A stretch of DNA of 64,000 bases from a virus (lineage: Duplodnaviria > Heunggongvirae > Uroviricota > Caudoviricetes). Each line of letters starts with the position of its first letter. Within the stretch, counting starts at the first letter, position 1. Of this stretch, positions 36,778 to 46,131 are shown in pieces. The DNA lies in the IMG/VR virus record IMGVR_UViG_3300050821_004987, positions 64,577-128,576 of that record; one strand, 5' to 3'. The notes under the pieces are model-generated. The model searched no databases. It was not told the origin of the DNA and worked only from the letters and a program-made list of their open reading frames with translations. The position numbers and the translations under genes were made by a program.

Positions 36778-37541
36778 GAAAAATATTGGTGGTCTTGCTG
36801 CTTTCGGTTTTAGCAGGGGTTGCACGGGCGCAGGCACCTGAGCCGATGTGGAACGGAACGATTCTTAGCCAATGCTCAGAATGCAGTGGCTGGACATTGG
36901 ACCAGTTGCGTTGCGGGATTGACGATCCTAAGTATGCGAATCTTACAGGAAGCGCCAGGACGACAACACCGACTGGCAAAGAAGTCGCAGGATGGCATGT
37001 GGAAGAAGACCCTAGTCGCACGGAGTATCGGCTTCATGCAGGTGGTTGGATGCCTAGTGGTATTCCTGTACCTATCTGCGTCTTAGATAAACCGCTACCG
37101 GGCAATCCAATACCAAAAGCTTCGGTCGACGTGACTCCAGATCCGCCTAAGCCTGTGATAGTTAATACGGGATGGACGCCAGACAAGCCGTGGTACAAAG
37201 ACTGGAAACCACTCTCGGTCCTTGGATTGGCAGTCGGCAGTGGGATAGCAAACATCAAAGAGACAGATGGCTGTCGTGCGCGTGTCGGCATCAGTCCTTG
37301 TAACGGTGGCTATGGAGCTTTGACAGCGCGTAACTATTTGAATTTGGGAGCATCTGTTGGCTTTGCGTTTATATCTATCTGGGGTAGACACATGGGATTC
37401 AAGGAGTGGGCGGCTCCGTCGCTAGGATTTTCTACGTATCAGACCTACGAAGCCGTTCATCAAGCTACGATCGGCTGTCCAGTGGGTCAGCATTATCTGT
37501 ACGGAACAAAATACACTTGTGTGCCGAATTACATTTGGTAA
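36774..37541 (+). CDS. Secreted protein (Sec signal peptide)
   Basis: 'MRKILVVLLLSVLAGVARAQA' signal with AxA cleavage site. Confidence 0.45.
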   Translation: MRKILVVLLLSVLAGVARAQAPEPMWNGTILSQCSECSGWTLDQLRCGIDDPKYANLTGSARTTTPTGKEVAGWHVEEDPSRTEYRLHAGGWMPSGIPVPICVLDKPLPGNPIPKASVDVTPDPPKPVIVNTGWTPDKPWYKDWKPLSVLGLAVGSGIANIKETDGCRARVGISPCNGGYGALTARNYLNLGASVGFAFISIWGRHMGFKEWAAPSLGFSTYQTYEAVHQATIGCPVGQHYLYGTKYTCVPNYIW

Positions 37542-37544
37542 TTT

Positions 37545-37552
37545 TGTATAAT
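37545..37552 (+). promoter_or_regulatory. Extended -10 box TGtTATAAT (member of the TTGTATAATG family)
   Basis: 'ttTTGTATAATGtag' sits 20 nt upstream of the aminotransferase ATG. No good -35 seen. Confidence 0.4.
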
Positions 37553-37572
37553 GTAGTAAGGAGACTAGAACG

Positions 37573-38859
37573 ATGATAGATGTAGCAGCAGATACGCGCC
37601 ACTCATATTTACTAGGTGGTTCAGTCGGTGCTTCCTCGCCCTTCACCGTAGCCAAAGCACTGGGTTCAGAGATATGGGACACGACCGGTAAGCGCTACAT
37701 AGACTGTACAGCGCAGGCTTGGAGTCTCAGTCTCGGACACAGCCATCCAAGAATCATTGAAGCTGTCTCAGAGCATCTGAAGAACTACGGACATATCAGA
37801 ACCAGTTTCGATACCGAGCCAAAATTGAAATTGGCTGAGAAGCTGCTTGAGATCGCTCCCGGAATGCAGAAGGTAGCTTTCTATCTCTCCGGTTCAGAAG
37901 CAGTAGAGGCTTCGATTAAGTTGGCTTTGAGAAATAAAAACGAGTCGTCGAGATCAAGTACTGTTGTTGCTTTGGAAGAGGGATTTCATGGGCGTACGTT
38001 CGCGACATCGGCCTTGAGTTGGGAAGGGCCAAATTATAATCCATTCAAGGCATGGATGAATCAGCCAGTGACGAGAATGAAGAGTGCCTATTGTTATCAT
38101 TGTCCAGTCGGCAAAGAGTTCAGTAGTTGCCATTATGAGTGCGTCGAGTTGGGAAACGCCGGTTATCAGCCAATAGCTTTTATCATGGAGCCGTTTCCGG
38201 GTAACGGTGGGATGATAAAGTTTCCACCAGATTATTTGAAGAAGATGCGAGAGAAAGTTGACGAGAGAGAATCGCTTCTTATTTTCGACGAGATTCAGAC
38301 TGGGATCGGTCGACTAGGTGATTGGTTTGCCTATACGAAATACAAAGTCATGCCAGATATTCTGGTGATCGGAAAAGGGTTGGGTGGTGGGTTTCCTCTT
38401 TTCGCCGTACTGACTGGGGAAAAGATTAAGAACGGGTTTCAGCCGGGAGATCATTCTTTTACGTTTGCGCATTTCTCGCCTTCGATGGTGGCTGCGTTGG
38501 AGACGATAGCCGTGATTGAAGAAGAAGAAATTTTGGATAACGTTCAGGTGATGGGTGAGCAGGTTGTTACGAGATTAGAGAAGATGAAACAGAAGTACAA
38601 GTTTATCGGAGACGTCCGAGGCGACGGTTTGATGATCGGAATCGAGATTGTGAAAGAAGGATCGAAAGAGCCAGCTCCAATCTTGACACACAAGTTGGTT
38701 GAGCGAGCAATGGAGAGGGGTGTGATCTTTGGAGAAGCCAAGTATGGTGGGTTGGGAAATATTATCAAGATCAAACCGCCGTTGAATATTTCTGATGAGT
38801 TGATGACAGAAGCGTTGGATGTATTAGAAGATATTTTCAGCAAAGTGATTCCATACTAA
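37573..38859 (+). CDS. Class III (acetylornithine/GSA/omega-type) PLP-dependent aminotransferase
   Basis: 'ILVIGKGLGGGFPL' (PLP lysine). 'LIFDEIQTGIGRLGDWFAY'. 428 aa with fold-type-I layout. Confidence 0.8.
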   Translation: MIDVAADTRHSYLLGGSVGASSPFTVAKALGSEIWDTTGKRYIDCTAQAWSLSLGHSHPRIIEAVSEHLKNYGHIRTSFDTEPKLKLAEKLLEIAPGMQKVAFYLSGSEAVEASIKLALRNKNESSRSSTVVALEEGFHGRTFATSALSWEGPNYNPFKAWMNQPVTRMKSAYCYHCPVGKEFSSCHYECVELGNAGYQPIAFIMEPFPGNGGMIKFPPDYLKKMREKVDERESLLIFDEIQTGIGRLGDWFAYTKYKVMPDILVIGKGLGGGFPLFAVLTGEKIKNGFQPGDHSFTFAHFSPSMVAALETIAVIEEEEILDNVQVMGEQVVTRLEKMKQKYKFIGDVRGDGLMIGIEIVKEGSKEPAPILTHKLVERAMERGVIFGEAKYGGLGNIIKIKPPLNISDELMTEALDVLEDIFSKVIPY

Positions 38860-38870
38860 GGACGGATGAG

Positions 38871-39542
38871 ATGATAATTCTTTGCACTTTAAGTGGGGGT
38901 TCAGACTCAGCTTACGCAGCTTACGCAGCGAAGCTGCTCTGGCCTGATGCTGAGTTTCATTCTTTGTTCGTCGAGTATGGGCAACCAGAAGTGGGTTCCG
39001 AGTTGCAAGCTTCTGTAAAGGTGCATAACAAGCTTGGGTTTGGGTCACATAGATGGCACAATGTCCGCATTCAGTGGCTATACAAGTTCGATCGAACGCA
39101 TCCAGATGATCTGAACTCTTTGTATGTTCCACACAGAAATTTAGTCATCGCCTCAGTTGGTGTCGCTTTAGCAGACCAGCTCGGAGCTGAGAAGCTGATC
39201 GTAGGTAACAAGAGTTTTAAGAAGACAGAAGGCGACTTCCTGACCTACGATGGGAATCGGGAATTCTACAAAGCGTTGGAAGCTGTCGTCCAGATGATTC
39301 AAGTGCACGGGCCAAAGCTGGAGATCGAGCCAACGCTTTCTATGGTGAATAAGTTGACGAGAGCAGATGTTTACTTCGGGCTCTGGGATCGTGGGTTTAA
39401 GTACGACGATACTTTCTCCTGTTGGTACGCTACAGTGAATGGAAAAGAGTGTGGGACTTGTAAGAATTGTGCAGAGAAGCAAGCTTTGTGGGTTAGTTGG
39501 TGTGGTAGGACTAGGGTAGGTCAGCATGCATCCACAGACTGA
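38871..39542 (+). CDS. queC: 7-cyano-7-deazaguanine synthase
   Basis: 'LCTLSGGSDSAYAA' PP-loop. 'YGQ', 'VPHRNLVIASVGVALA', 'FSCWYATVNGKECGTCKNCAEK' zinc site. Collinear with E. coli QueC. Confidence 0.85.
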   Translation: MIILCTLSGGSDSAYAAYAAKLLWPDAEFHSLFVEYGQPEVGSELQASVKVHNKLGFGSHRWHNVRIQWLYKFDRTHPDDLNSLYVPHRNLVIASVGVALADQLGAEKLIVGNKSFKKTEGDFLTYDGNREFYKALEAVVQMIQVHGPKLEIEPTLSMVNKLTRADVYFGLWDRGFKYDDTFSCWYATVNGKECGTCKNCAEKQALWVSWCGRTRVGQHASTD

Positions 39543-40230
39543 CATTGTGATTCCAGTTCACAATGCTCTGGAGTATGTCAGAGATTGTCTAGATTCTGTT
39601 TTTACAAAGACAAAAAATTTCAGATTCATTTTGGTAGATGATTTCTCGGATTTAGAAACAACAAAGCATTTGCACAGAGTTTTAGGACATCAGCCGACAG
39701 CATTGTATATTAGAACCGGGCAACAGAAGTGGTTCACGAGAGCTAGTAATCTTGGGTTGAGATTGGTCAGGACATCCAGATGTGTATTGTTGAATTCGGA
39801 TTGCGTTGTGGACGAAGGGTGGCTAGATGAGCTCTATGATGTTTGGGCTGAGGCCGAGTCAGTCATCGTTGGTAAAAGAATTGGTCTCGTTGGCTCCCAT
39901 CAAAGTATGGAAGAGCCGAGGCGTTGGGGTGAGTACGCTGAGCCAGGCTATGTTACGGGGCACTGTCTCCTACTTAGTATCCCGATTATCAGTGAGATCG
40001 CAGACAGAAGAGGAAATAGTGGCTGGTATCTTGACGAAGTGCACAGAGAAGCCTTGCACATAAATTCTGATCGCTTCCTCAGCTACGAGTTGAATCGTGC
40101 TGGCTATGCGACGGTAGCTTCTTTCAAGGCAGCTGTCGGACATCATGGTGGGAAGAGTTGGGGACATGATCTTGGGCGAATCGCCGGAGTACAGATTGGA
40201 GATCCACAGAAGGGTGAGATCTTCGGATGA
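39526..40230 (+). CDS. Family 2 glycosyltransferase
   Basis: 'DIVIPVHNALEYVRDCLDSV...FRFILVDDFSD' GT2 N-terminal and DxD region. Start overlaps the queC 3' end. Confidence 0.65.
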   Translation: MHPQTDIVIPVHNALEYVRDCLDSVFTKTKNFRFILVDDFSDLETTKHLHRVLGHQPTALYIRTGQQKWFTRASNLGLRLVRTSRCVLLNSDCVVDEGWLDELYDVWAEAESVIVGKRIGLVGSHQSMEEPRRWGEYAEPGYVTGHCLLLSIPIISEIADRRGNSGWYLDEVHREALHINSDRFLSYELNRAGYATVASFKAAVGHHGGKSWGHDLGRIAGVQIGDPQKGEIFG

Positions 40231-40234
40231 TGTT

Positions 40235-40242
40235 TGTATAAT
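40235..40242 (+). promoter_or_regulatory. Extended -10 box (TTGTATAATGAG family)
   Basis: 'tgtTTGTATAATGAGttt' lies just after the GT2 stop, roughly 170 nt upstream of the ATG at 40413. Confidence 0.4.
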
Positions 40243-40368
40243 GAGTTTGGAAGGGAAAGGGAAGCAAAGAAACGGAGGTGGCTATGCGAGGGGTTACCGG
40301 TTGTCTCGGAAAGCCCTCTAAAGAATAGTGATATCTGGTATGGCTGGATCTCACAATGTCAGCGATAA

Positions 40369-40388
40369 GGGGCTTCGAAAGAAGCCCC
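40369..40388 (+). promoter_or_regulatory. Stable GNRA-capped hairpin in 5' leader
   Basis: GGGGCTTC-gaaa-GAAGCCCC, 8-bp stem, 25 nt upstream of the ATG. Confidence 0.4.
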
Positions 40389-40412
40389 ATTAAAATTTCA
40401 GAAGGAGTCATC

Positions 40413-41051
40413 ATGGAAACAGTTTTGGGCAGAAGGCAGTTCTTTGAGATATCAGGCAAAGGAGTGTTGGGTTTGGCGGTGACGAGAGCTTTGGTTGTGG
40501 GTGGAGCTGCATTTGTAGTTGTCGGTTGTGGATTCAACATCGCAGAGATCGGCACTTGGGTCACCGTCGGTAACGGAGCGATCGGCAGTGTTCTGAATTT
40601 GTTAGTTGGCGCCGGGATTCTGGCCTGCGTAACTTGTTCCGTTTTGGCGAACGCAGCTGAAGCGGCGATCACAGCAATCGGAGTAGCTGTTACGAATTGG
40701 CAAAACGCCCCAGCAACAGACAAACAAACAACGCTTGAAAAGATTCAGCTGGCGTTGCAGGTTGGCTTGGAAGCGGCAACAGCCTTTTTTCAAAGTTTCT
40801 CAATTCCGGGAGGATCGTCGATAATCTCTTTGGTCTTGGGAATCGCTGGTTTGGTTTTGAACGCCATCGCCGGGTTCATCAGCCAAGTCGGTCTACCGCC
40901 TGCTCCGGCAGCCAAGCCAATGCTTCATGAGTATGAAGTAGCTGGTAACAAAGTGCAAGTGACGCCGACGTTGATGACAGCCAACCAGGCCAAATCCGCA
41001 CTAAACAAGTTGTTGGTGCAGTACGGTCATCCAGAATTGGTTTTGCACTAA
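40413..41051 (+). CDS. Polytopic membrane protein (small-residue-rich TM helices)
   Basis: RBS AGAAGGAGTCATC. Five or more hydrophobic Gly/Ala-rich segments. Confidence 0.5.
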   Translation: METVLGRRQFFEISGKGVLGLAVTRALVVGGAAFVVVGCGFNIAEIGTWVTVGNGAIGSVLNLLVGAGILACVTCSVLANAAEAAITAIGVAVTNWQNAPATDKQTTLEKIQLALQVGLEAATAFFQSFSIPGGSSIISLVLGIAGLVLNAIAGFISQVGLPPAPAAKPMLHEYEVAGNKVQVTPTLMTANQAKSALNKLLVQYGHPELVLH

Positions 41052-41070
41052 AATCAAGAACGAGGTTCCG

Positions 41071-42198
41071 ATGGAAGATGAGAAGAAAGCTGTTTTCGAG
41101 GTAGACATGGACCAACGACGGGGGTTCGAGCATTTACCGGGTGGTAGCTCGAAGCACATCGACCACCCGTCGCACGCTCAGCCTGGTATCCATGTCTACC
41201 CAGATAAGCTTTATGTAGTGACAGTCTTGGAGAATCCTCTCAGATGGAGATCCAGATATCGGAACTATTGGATCTTTGAGAATATGTGTAAGAAAGCCGG
41301 CGTCGAGCTTTACGTAGCCGAGATCGCGTTCGGTGGGAGAGACTTCGAGATTGCCGAGGAGGGAAATCCAAAACATTTGCGGTTGCGATCGCACGATGAG
41401 TTGCTTCACAAAGAGAATGCTTTGAACTTGCTCATCCAAAGGCTTCCAGAAGGAGCAAAAAAGATCGGAACACTGGACGCCGATATTCAGTTCGCTCGTT
41501 CAGATTGGGCACAAGAGGCCTTGCATCTGTTAGATCATTACAAAGTGTTGCAGGGTTTCAGTCATTCCATGGATCTGGGTCCACAGAATCAGCCCGTGCA
41601 GTTGCATGAAGGCTTTGTAATGCATGAGCTGGCTTATCCGCCACACAATCCGAATAAGTTGTCGAAAGACCATCGATTCAATCGGCCAAGACCAAACACA
41701 GATTTGGGTTACTACGGTGGGAAAGGAAAGTATATACTGTGGCATCCGGGACTGGTTTGGTTCTGGAGAAAGACAGCTATCAATCAGTTGGGTGGGTTGA
41801 TGGACTGGGTACTCGGTGGCTCGGCAGATCATTACATGGCGTTGGCGCTGTTCAACAAACTTTCAAGAACGAATTTGAACTTGCGAGAGTTTTCACAAGG
41901 ATACCAGCGTTCTTGTTTCGAATGGCAGGCGAGGGCAGAAAGACATATCAGAAGGAACATCGGTGTGCTGCCCGGGTTGGTGATGCATTCCTGGCATGGT
42001 CATAAAGAGAAGAGGCAGTATCTATCACGGGCACAGTTTCTGGCCAAGACGGGATTCGATCCGGCGCATCATTTGAAGAGAGATTGGCAAGGGTTGTGGC
42101 AGTTGCAAGATGACGGTTCGCTGAACTACATCATGATTCGCGATGGCCTGAGACATTTCGCCAGGCTACGCGATGAAGATGCGATGGACTTCGAATAG
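41071..42198 (+). CDS. Hypothetical protein (possible nucleotide-sugar transferase fold; weak)
   Basis: 375-aa ORF. 'IGTLDADIQF' is a DxD-like motif. No TGT/DpdA motifs recognised. Confidence 0.3.
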   Translation: MEDEKKAVFEVDMDQRRGFEHLPGGSSKHIDHPSHAQPGIHVYPDKLYVVTVLENPLRWRSRYRNYWIFENMCKKAGVELYVAEIAFGGRDFEIAEEGNPKHLRLRSHDELLHKENALNLLIQRLPEGAKKIGTLDADIQFARSDWAQEALHLLDHYKVLQGFSHSMDLGPQNQPVQLHEGFVMHELAYPPHNPNKLSKDHRFNRPRPNTDLGYYGGKGKYILWHPGLVWFWRKTAINQLGGLMDWVLGGSADHYMALALFNKLSRTNLNLREFSQGYQRSCFEWQARAERHIRRNIGVLPGLVMHSWHGHKEKRQYLSRAQFLAKTGFDPAHHLKRDWQGLWQLQDDGSLNYIMIRDGLRHFARLRDEDAMDFE

Positions 42199-42207
42199 GA
42201 GAACAAG

Positions 42208-43041
42208 ATGATCGAATATGCAAAAATGAAGTTCGGTAAGAAGCCAGCAAAGATCGATCCGAGAACCCTCAAGGTCGAGAAGTATTTCCTAGCTTCATTG
42301 GCTCCAGCGCCAGATGATTGCGATTACACTGGTGGCATTACAGAGTTTGGCATGATGTTAAACGGGCCAAACAGCTACGGTCCGCCAGTACCATCAGAAG
42401 GTCTGGGGTGTTGTACGATTTCAGCTCCCGGACATGCTGAGCAGACAGCGACGTTAGCTTCGACTGGTACGATGTGGACGCCACCAGACTCAGATATTTT
42501 GCAACGCTATACAGAATGGGATGGCTACATTCCAGGTGATGAAGGCACAGACAATGGTGGAGTTGAGATCGACGTTCTCAACGATTGGCATCAAACCAGC
42601 TTCTGGAAGCACTATCTGATGGCTTATGCCGATCCAGTTGTGACGAATCTGGATCACATCAAGAAGTCGATCTACTACTTCGGTGGTCTCTACATCGGGC
42701 TACAGTTGCCAAACACAGCGTTGAGTCAAGAGACATGGGATGTGGTTCCAGACGCAGCCACGAACTCAGACGCGTTGGCCAATCCGAACAACGGTCACGC
42801 GGTTTGGGTTCCCAAGTACCGCACGTTGGCGGATGGTTCGCTGGTACTTACTTGCATCACATGGGGCCAGTCGCTTGACATCACAGAAGCATTCTGGGTC
42901 TACACAGACGTAGACGGAAATCCTTACGTGGATGAAGCCCACGCACTTTGCCTATGCGACTTCGTCGGGAAAGCCGGTAAGGATCCAGCAGGTTTGGACA
43001 TTCCACAGATGCTGGCAGACAAGCAGCTCGTGACAGGATGA
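42208..43041 (+). CDS. Hypothetical protein
   Basis: 277-aa ORF with RBS AGGAGAACAAG. Confidence 0.35.
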   Translation: MIEYAKMKFGKKPAKIDPRTLKVEKYFLASLAPAPDDCDYTGGITEFGMMLNGPNSYGPPVPSEGLGCCTISAPGHAEQTATLASTGTMWTPPDSDILQRYTEWDGYIPGDEGTDNGGVEIDVLNDWHQTSFWKHYLMAYADPVVTNLDHIKKSIYYFGGLYIGLQLPNTALSQETWDVVPDAATNSDALANPNNGHAVWVPKYRTLADGSLVLTCITWGQSLDITEAFWVYTDVDGNPYVDEAHALCLCDFVGKAGKDPAGLDIPQMLADKQLVTG

Positions 43042-43042
43042 G

Positions 43043-43390
43043 ATGGCAGAAGAGAAAAAATTTACGTCGTTGGTTGATCTGCTGAGACAGAAAGATAGAA
43101 TCAATCTGGAAGCGGCAGCTCAAGGGCACGACGGGTTCTTTCCAGTAGCTGTGCAGGTGCCACAGTCTGATGGGAAGACAGTAACAAGAGGACAGACGAA
43201 TCCGACTCCGAAGAAAGATGGGGCATATCGGGGTCGGATTCTGTTGTTCGAGCCAACGAAAGAGCGAGTGACTATTTTGAAAGAGAGAGTCGGGCAGAGT
43301 TACCAAGGAGACTGGTTGCACGAAGTGACGACGCGAGAGGGCCATAAGTTTCTGGCAATGCAGAAGCAGTTGAAAGATCTTGTAAAATGA
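43043..43390 (+). CDS. Hypothetical protein
   Basis: 115-aa ORF. Confidence 0.35.
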   Translation: MAEEKKFTSLVDLLRQKDRINLEAAAQGHDGFFPVAVQVPQSDGKTVTRGQTNPTPKKDGAYRGRILLFEPTKERVTILKERVGQSYQGDWLHEVTTREGHKFLAMQKQLKDLVK

Positions 43391-43463
43391 ATTTCGGTCG
43401 GGTATGGTCGGGTGGTGTGGGGTTAGGTCTGGTTGGCTTAGGTAAGGTATGGTGAGGTAAGGT
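43391..43463 (+). promoter_or_regulatory. GGT-rich upstream cassette (family member 1)
   Basis: '...ggtcgggtggtgtggggttaggtctggttggcttaggtaaggtatggtgaggtaaggtATG'. Confidence 0.5.
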
Positions 43464-43823
43464 ATGGAAATGAAAGTTGTCGCAACATTCTTACTAGCAT
43501 TCTTACTAGCATTTTCTACACAAGCTCAATGCACGAAGAATGTGGATGGGAGTTCTTCTTGTAAACTTTCTTTAGCCGACGGTACGGTGTTTTCCTATCA
43601 GTCATTTACGAATGTGATATATCCGTTGGGTCTTAGTTGCGACCCGCTGGTAGGGATTATCTACACTCTACGTCCACCGACATCTGATTTGAATGCTGTG
43701 GTTTATGATCAAGACTGGATTCGTATACCAAGTGGTTGCGTGGTGGATATCCAGTCCGGGAGAATAAGTTGTGGTCCAGTAAATCAGAAAGCTACAGCAA
43801 CGTTTTCGATAACGATCAACTAG
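43464..43823 (+). CDS. Small secreted Cys-containing protein
   Basis: 'MEMKVVATFLLAFLLAFSTQAQC' signal peptide. Confidence 0.45.
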   Translation: MEMKVVATFLLAFLLAFSTQAQCTKNVDGSSSCKLSLADGTVFSYQSFTNVIYPLGLSCDPLVGIIYTLRPPTSDLNAVVYDQDWIRIPSGCVVDIQSGRISCGPVNQKATATFSITIN

Positions 43824-43836
43824 AAGGAGAAAAAGA

Positions 43837-44376
43837 ATGATGATTCGCAAGACGTTTCGCTTCGAAGCCAGTCATCTACTTCCAAAACATCCCGGAAAAT
43901 GTTCAAGGCTCCACGGGCATTCGTTTGTTTTGCATGTGGAGACCGAAGGGCGGGTCAATAAAGAGACTGGGTTTGTGATGGACTACGCCGATATGTCGGC
44001 AGCTGTCAAGCCTTTGATCGAGCGATTAGATCACAGACACTTGGGAGCTTGGGCAGTCTATCAGACTGACAGAGAGAAGCCGACAGGAGATTCTGTAAAC
44101 GACTACAGACTTTTAGCAGAGATATGGGGAGACGATGATGGCTACTACGATAATTGGAAAGTGCCTGGCCTTCCACTAGACTTCTACCCCAGCTCAGAAA
44201 ACATTTTGTTCTGGATTGGAGAACAGTTAGCAACAGCACAATTCAAGTGGTCCAAGGTAGCGCTAGAAGAAACTTGTACATCGTATTGTGAGTTAAGACT
44301 AGATGAGTTCATGGTCTACTTCACGAACAAGTATGGGCTACCAGCAGCCCAGTTTGCGTTGGCGGAGTGGCGATGA
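43837..44376 (+). CDS. queD: 6-carboxy-5,6,7,8-tetrahydropterin synthase
   Basis: 'IRKTFRFEASHLLPKHPGKCSRLHGHSFVLHVETEG' is the PTPS/QueD zinc-site signature. Confidence 0.8.
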   Translation: MMIRKTFRFEASHLLPKHPGKCSRLHGHSFVLHVETEGRVNKETGFVMDYADMSAAVKPLIERLDHRHLGAWAVYQTDREKPTGDSVNDYRLLAEIWGDDDGYYDNWKVPGLPLDFYPSSENILFWIGEQLATAQFKWSKVALEETCTSYCELRLDEFMVYFTNKYGLPAAQFALAEWR

Positions 44377-44879
44377 AGAAGAAAAAGAAGCCGCGTGGGC
44401 ATGGGAAGGGTTCTGGTTTCGAGCGTAAGATCGCCAAAGAGATCATCAAGGCCTATCGTAAGGCCGGCTTTAAGGTAAAGCAGAACGACTGTTGGCGCTC
44501 AGTTCTTTCTGGTGGACACGAGATGTCGGCTGGAGATTTGAGAATGTCCGCTCAGATGGAGAAGCTGTTTCCATACGCAGTGGAGTGTAAGTTCTACAAG
44601 AAGATTAAGCTGGAGAACTTCCTACTTGGAAATAAGAAGAGCAAGGAAATTCAGTGGCTTGTGCAGACGATGGAAGGTTCTAGAAAAAGCAATAAGCTAA
44701 CTGGTCTTTTAGTGATGAAGGCCAACAGGATGAAGATCTTAACGATGCGTTGGCTGTCTTATGCTGAGTGGAAAGGAATGGATAATTTCATTCAGACTAG
44801 GAATGGTTGCTGGGAAGTGAAGACTTGGAAAGAGTTTTTGAAGACTGTGGTTCTAGATGCGCAGGTTAGGTTCTTATGA
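44367..44879 (+). CDS. Hjc-like (archaeal-type Holliday junction resolvase fold) nuclease
   Basis: 'GKGSGFERKIAKEIIKAYRKAGFKV' parallels the Hjc N-terminal 'KGSxFERELxxxL' motif. PD-(D/E)xK-type. Confidence 0.45.
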   Translation: MAMKKKKKPRGHGKGSGFERKIAKEIIKAYRKAGFKVKQNDCWRSVLSGGHEMSAGDLRMSAQMEKLFPYAVECKFYKKIKLENFLLGNKKSKEIQWLVQTMEGSRKSNKLTGLLVMKANRMKILTMRWLSYAEWKGMDNFIQTRNGCWEVKTWKEFLKTVVLDAQVRFL

Positions 44880-45898
44880 AGCCATCAGTCGCTTGGTTGC
44901 CAGCGGGGCTCGACGGATGCGCCCTTTATCGAATGTTTTTCGCCCATCTGAGAATGGAAGGATCAATCTTTCTATTCCAACCGATGCGAATGCAGGTAGA
45001 TCTATTGAAAGACAGAAACATAGTCGTCGTCCAGAGACTATCTTCTCAGCAGAACTATGAAGCGATTCAGTTGTTCAAAAAGATGAAGCTGAAGATCATC
45101 TACGATTTGGACGACGATCTCTGGTCGGTACCGACATTCAATCCAGCCCACAGATTGATGAAGAAGTGGCTGCCGGGTTTCGAGATTTGTGCCAAGATGG
45201 CCGATATGATTACGGTCTCGACAGAGCATCTGAGAGTGATGGTTCGGAATGCTTTGGGAAAGAAATGTCCTCCAGTGGCTGTGGTCGAGAACGCCGTCGA
45301 CTTCGATTGGTTCAGACCGGTAGCTGAGAAATACAGAAAGAATAGAGACGGGAGAGTAGTTCTTGGTTGGGCTGGGACAGATACCCACTCAGGAGATGTG
45401 GAGAAAGTCTTCGCTCTGGTTCCAGCATTGCTCAAGGATAATCCTGAGTTAGATTTCGAAGTGGTCGGTACCGGGATATCAGAAGAGTTGAAGTCGTTTG
45501 GAGATAGAGTCAGACAGAAGGGCTTTGTGCCCATAGCCGAGTTTGCAGCGAATTGGGCTAGCTGGCAATGGGATATTTCACTAGCTCCAGTAGCTGAGAA
45601 TTCGTTTAATCTCTCGAAGTCGAACATCAAGATGTTGGAAGCCGCTGCGATGAAGATTCCTTGCGTAGCTTCCAGATATGGAGAGTACAAGAAATTCGCC
45701 AATCATTCCGAGTTGTTGCAGATAATTGTTCAAGCTGAGAATGCTAGGGATTGGAGAACCAGAATTCAGGCTTTGATAGATTCACCGACGTATAGAAAGA
45801 AAGCTGGAGAAGAGATGTACCGCGTGGGTCAAGAGAAATACAATATCATCCATCGAGTCTCTCAGTGGAACAAGCTATTCGAGGAAGTGTTAGCATGA
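44876..45898 (+). CDS. GT-B fold glycosyltransferase-like protein
   Basis: C-terminal 'SKSNIKMLEAAAMKIPCVAS' resembles the GT1/GT4 E-x7-E region. Confidence 0.4.
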   Translation: MKPSVAWLPAGLDGCALYRMFFAHLRMEGSIFLFQPMRMQVDLLKDRNIVVVQRLSSQQNYEAIQLFKKMKLKIIYDLDDDLWSVPTFNPAHRLMKKWLPGFEICAKMADMITVSTEHLRVMVRNALGKKCPPVAVVENAVDFDWFRPVAEKYRKNRDGRVVLGWAGTDTHSGDVEKVFALVPALLKDNPELDFEVVGTGISEELKSFGDRVRQKGFVPIAEFAANWASWQWDISLAPVAENSFNLSKSNIKMLEAAAMKIPCVASRYGEYKKFANHSELLQIIVQAENARDWRTRIQALIDSPTYRKKAGEEMYRVGQEKYNIIHRVSQWNKLFEEVLA

Positions 45899-46131
45899 AA
45901 TTACTTCTTTGGATTGTGCTCATACTTTCTGGTGGGACGTTGTTGTATTTAGGTTATATATTTCTAGCAGGTTGGTCAGCAGTGAGATCAGCTCCGAGAG
46001 CGGATATGTTTATCTGTCCAAAGGGTCACGGGCCACTTCCAGAGTCAGCCTTGATTGATTTCATGGGAGAGAAACACTGCTCAATCTGTTTCCACAATAG
46101 ACTGAAGGACGCAGAGAAGGGTAGGATATGA
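45865..46131 (+). CDS. Small membrane protein
   Basis: N-terminal TM helix 'LLLWIVLILSGGTLLYLGYIFLAGW'. Confidence 0.3.
   Translation: MEQAIRGSVSMKLLLWIVLILSGGTLLYLGYIFLAGWSAVRSAPRADMFICPKGHGPLPESALIDFMGEKHCSICFHNRLKDAEKGRI

Noticed and set aside
40369-40412. preQ1-I riboswitch candidate (hairpin plus A-rich tail before the SD) in the que module
   Set aside because: The loop is a GAAA tetraloop rather than the roughly 11-nt preQ1-binding loop, and the tail lacks the conserved pseudoknot pairing.
40124-40723. Minus-strand ORFs from the six-frame track (e.g. 40124..40723, 45100..45702, 5945..6469, 25694..26329)
   Set aside because: All lie antisense to + strand genes with strong motif support. 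They lack RBSs and show low-complexity shadow-frame composition.
41071-42198. Candidate DpdA/TGT-like transglycosylase to partner queCDE
   Set aside because: No zinc-binding CxCxxC...H motif and no recognisable TGT TIM-barrel motifs. Left as hypothetical.
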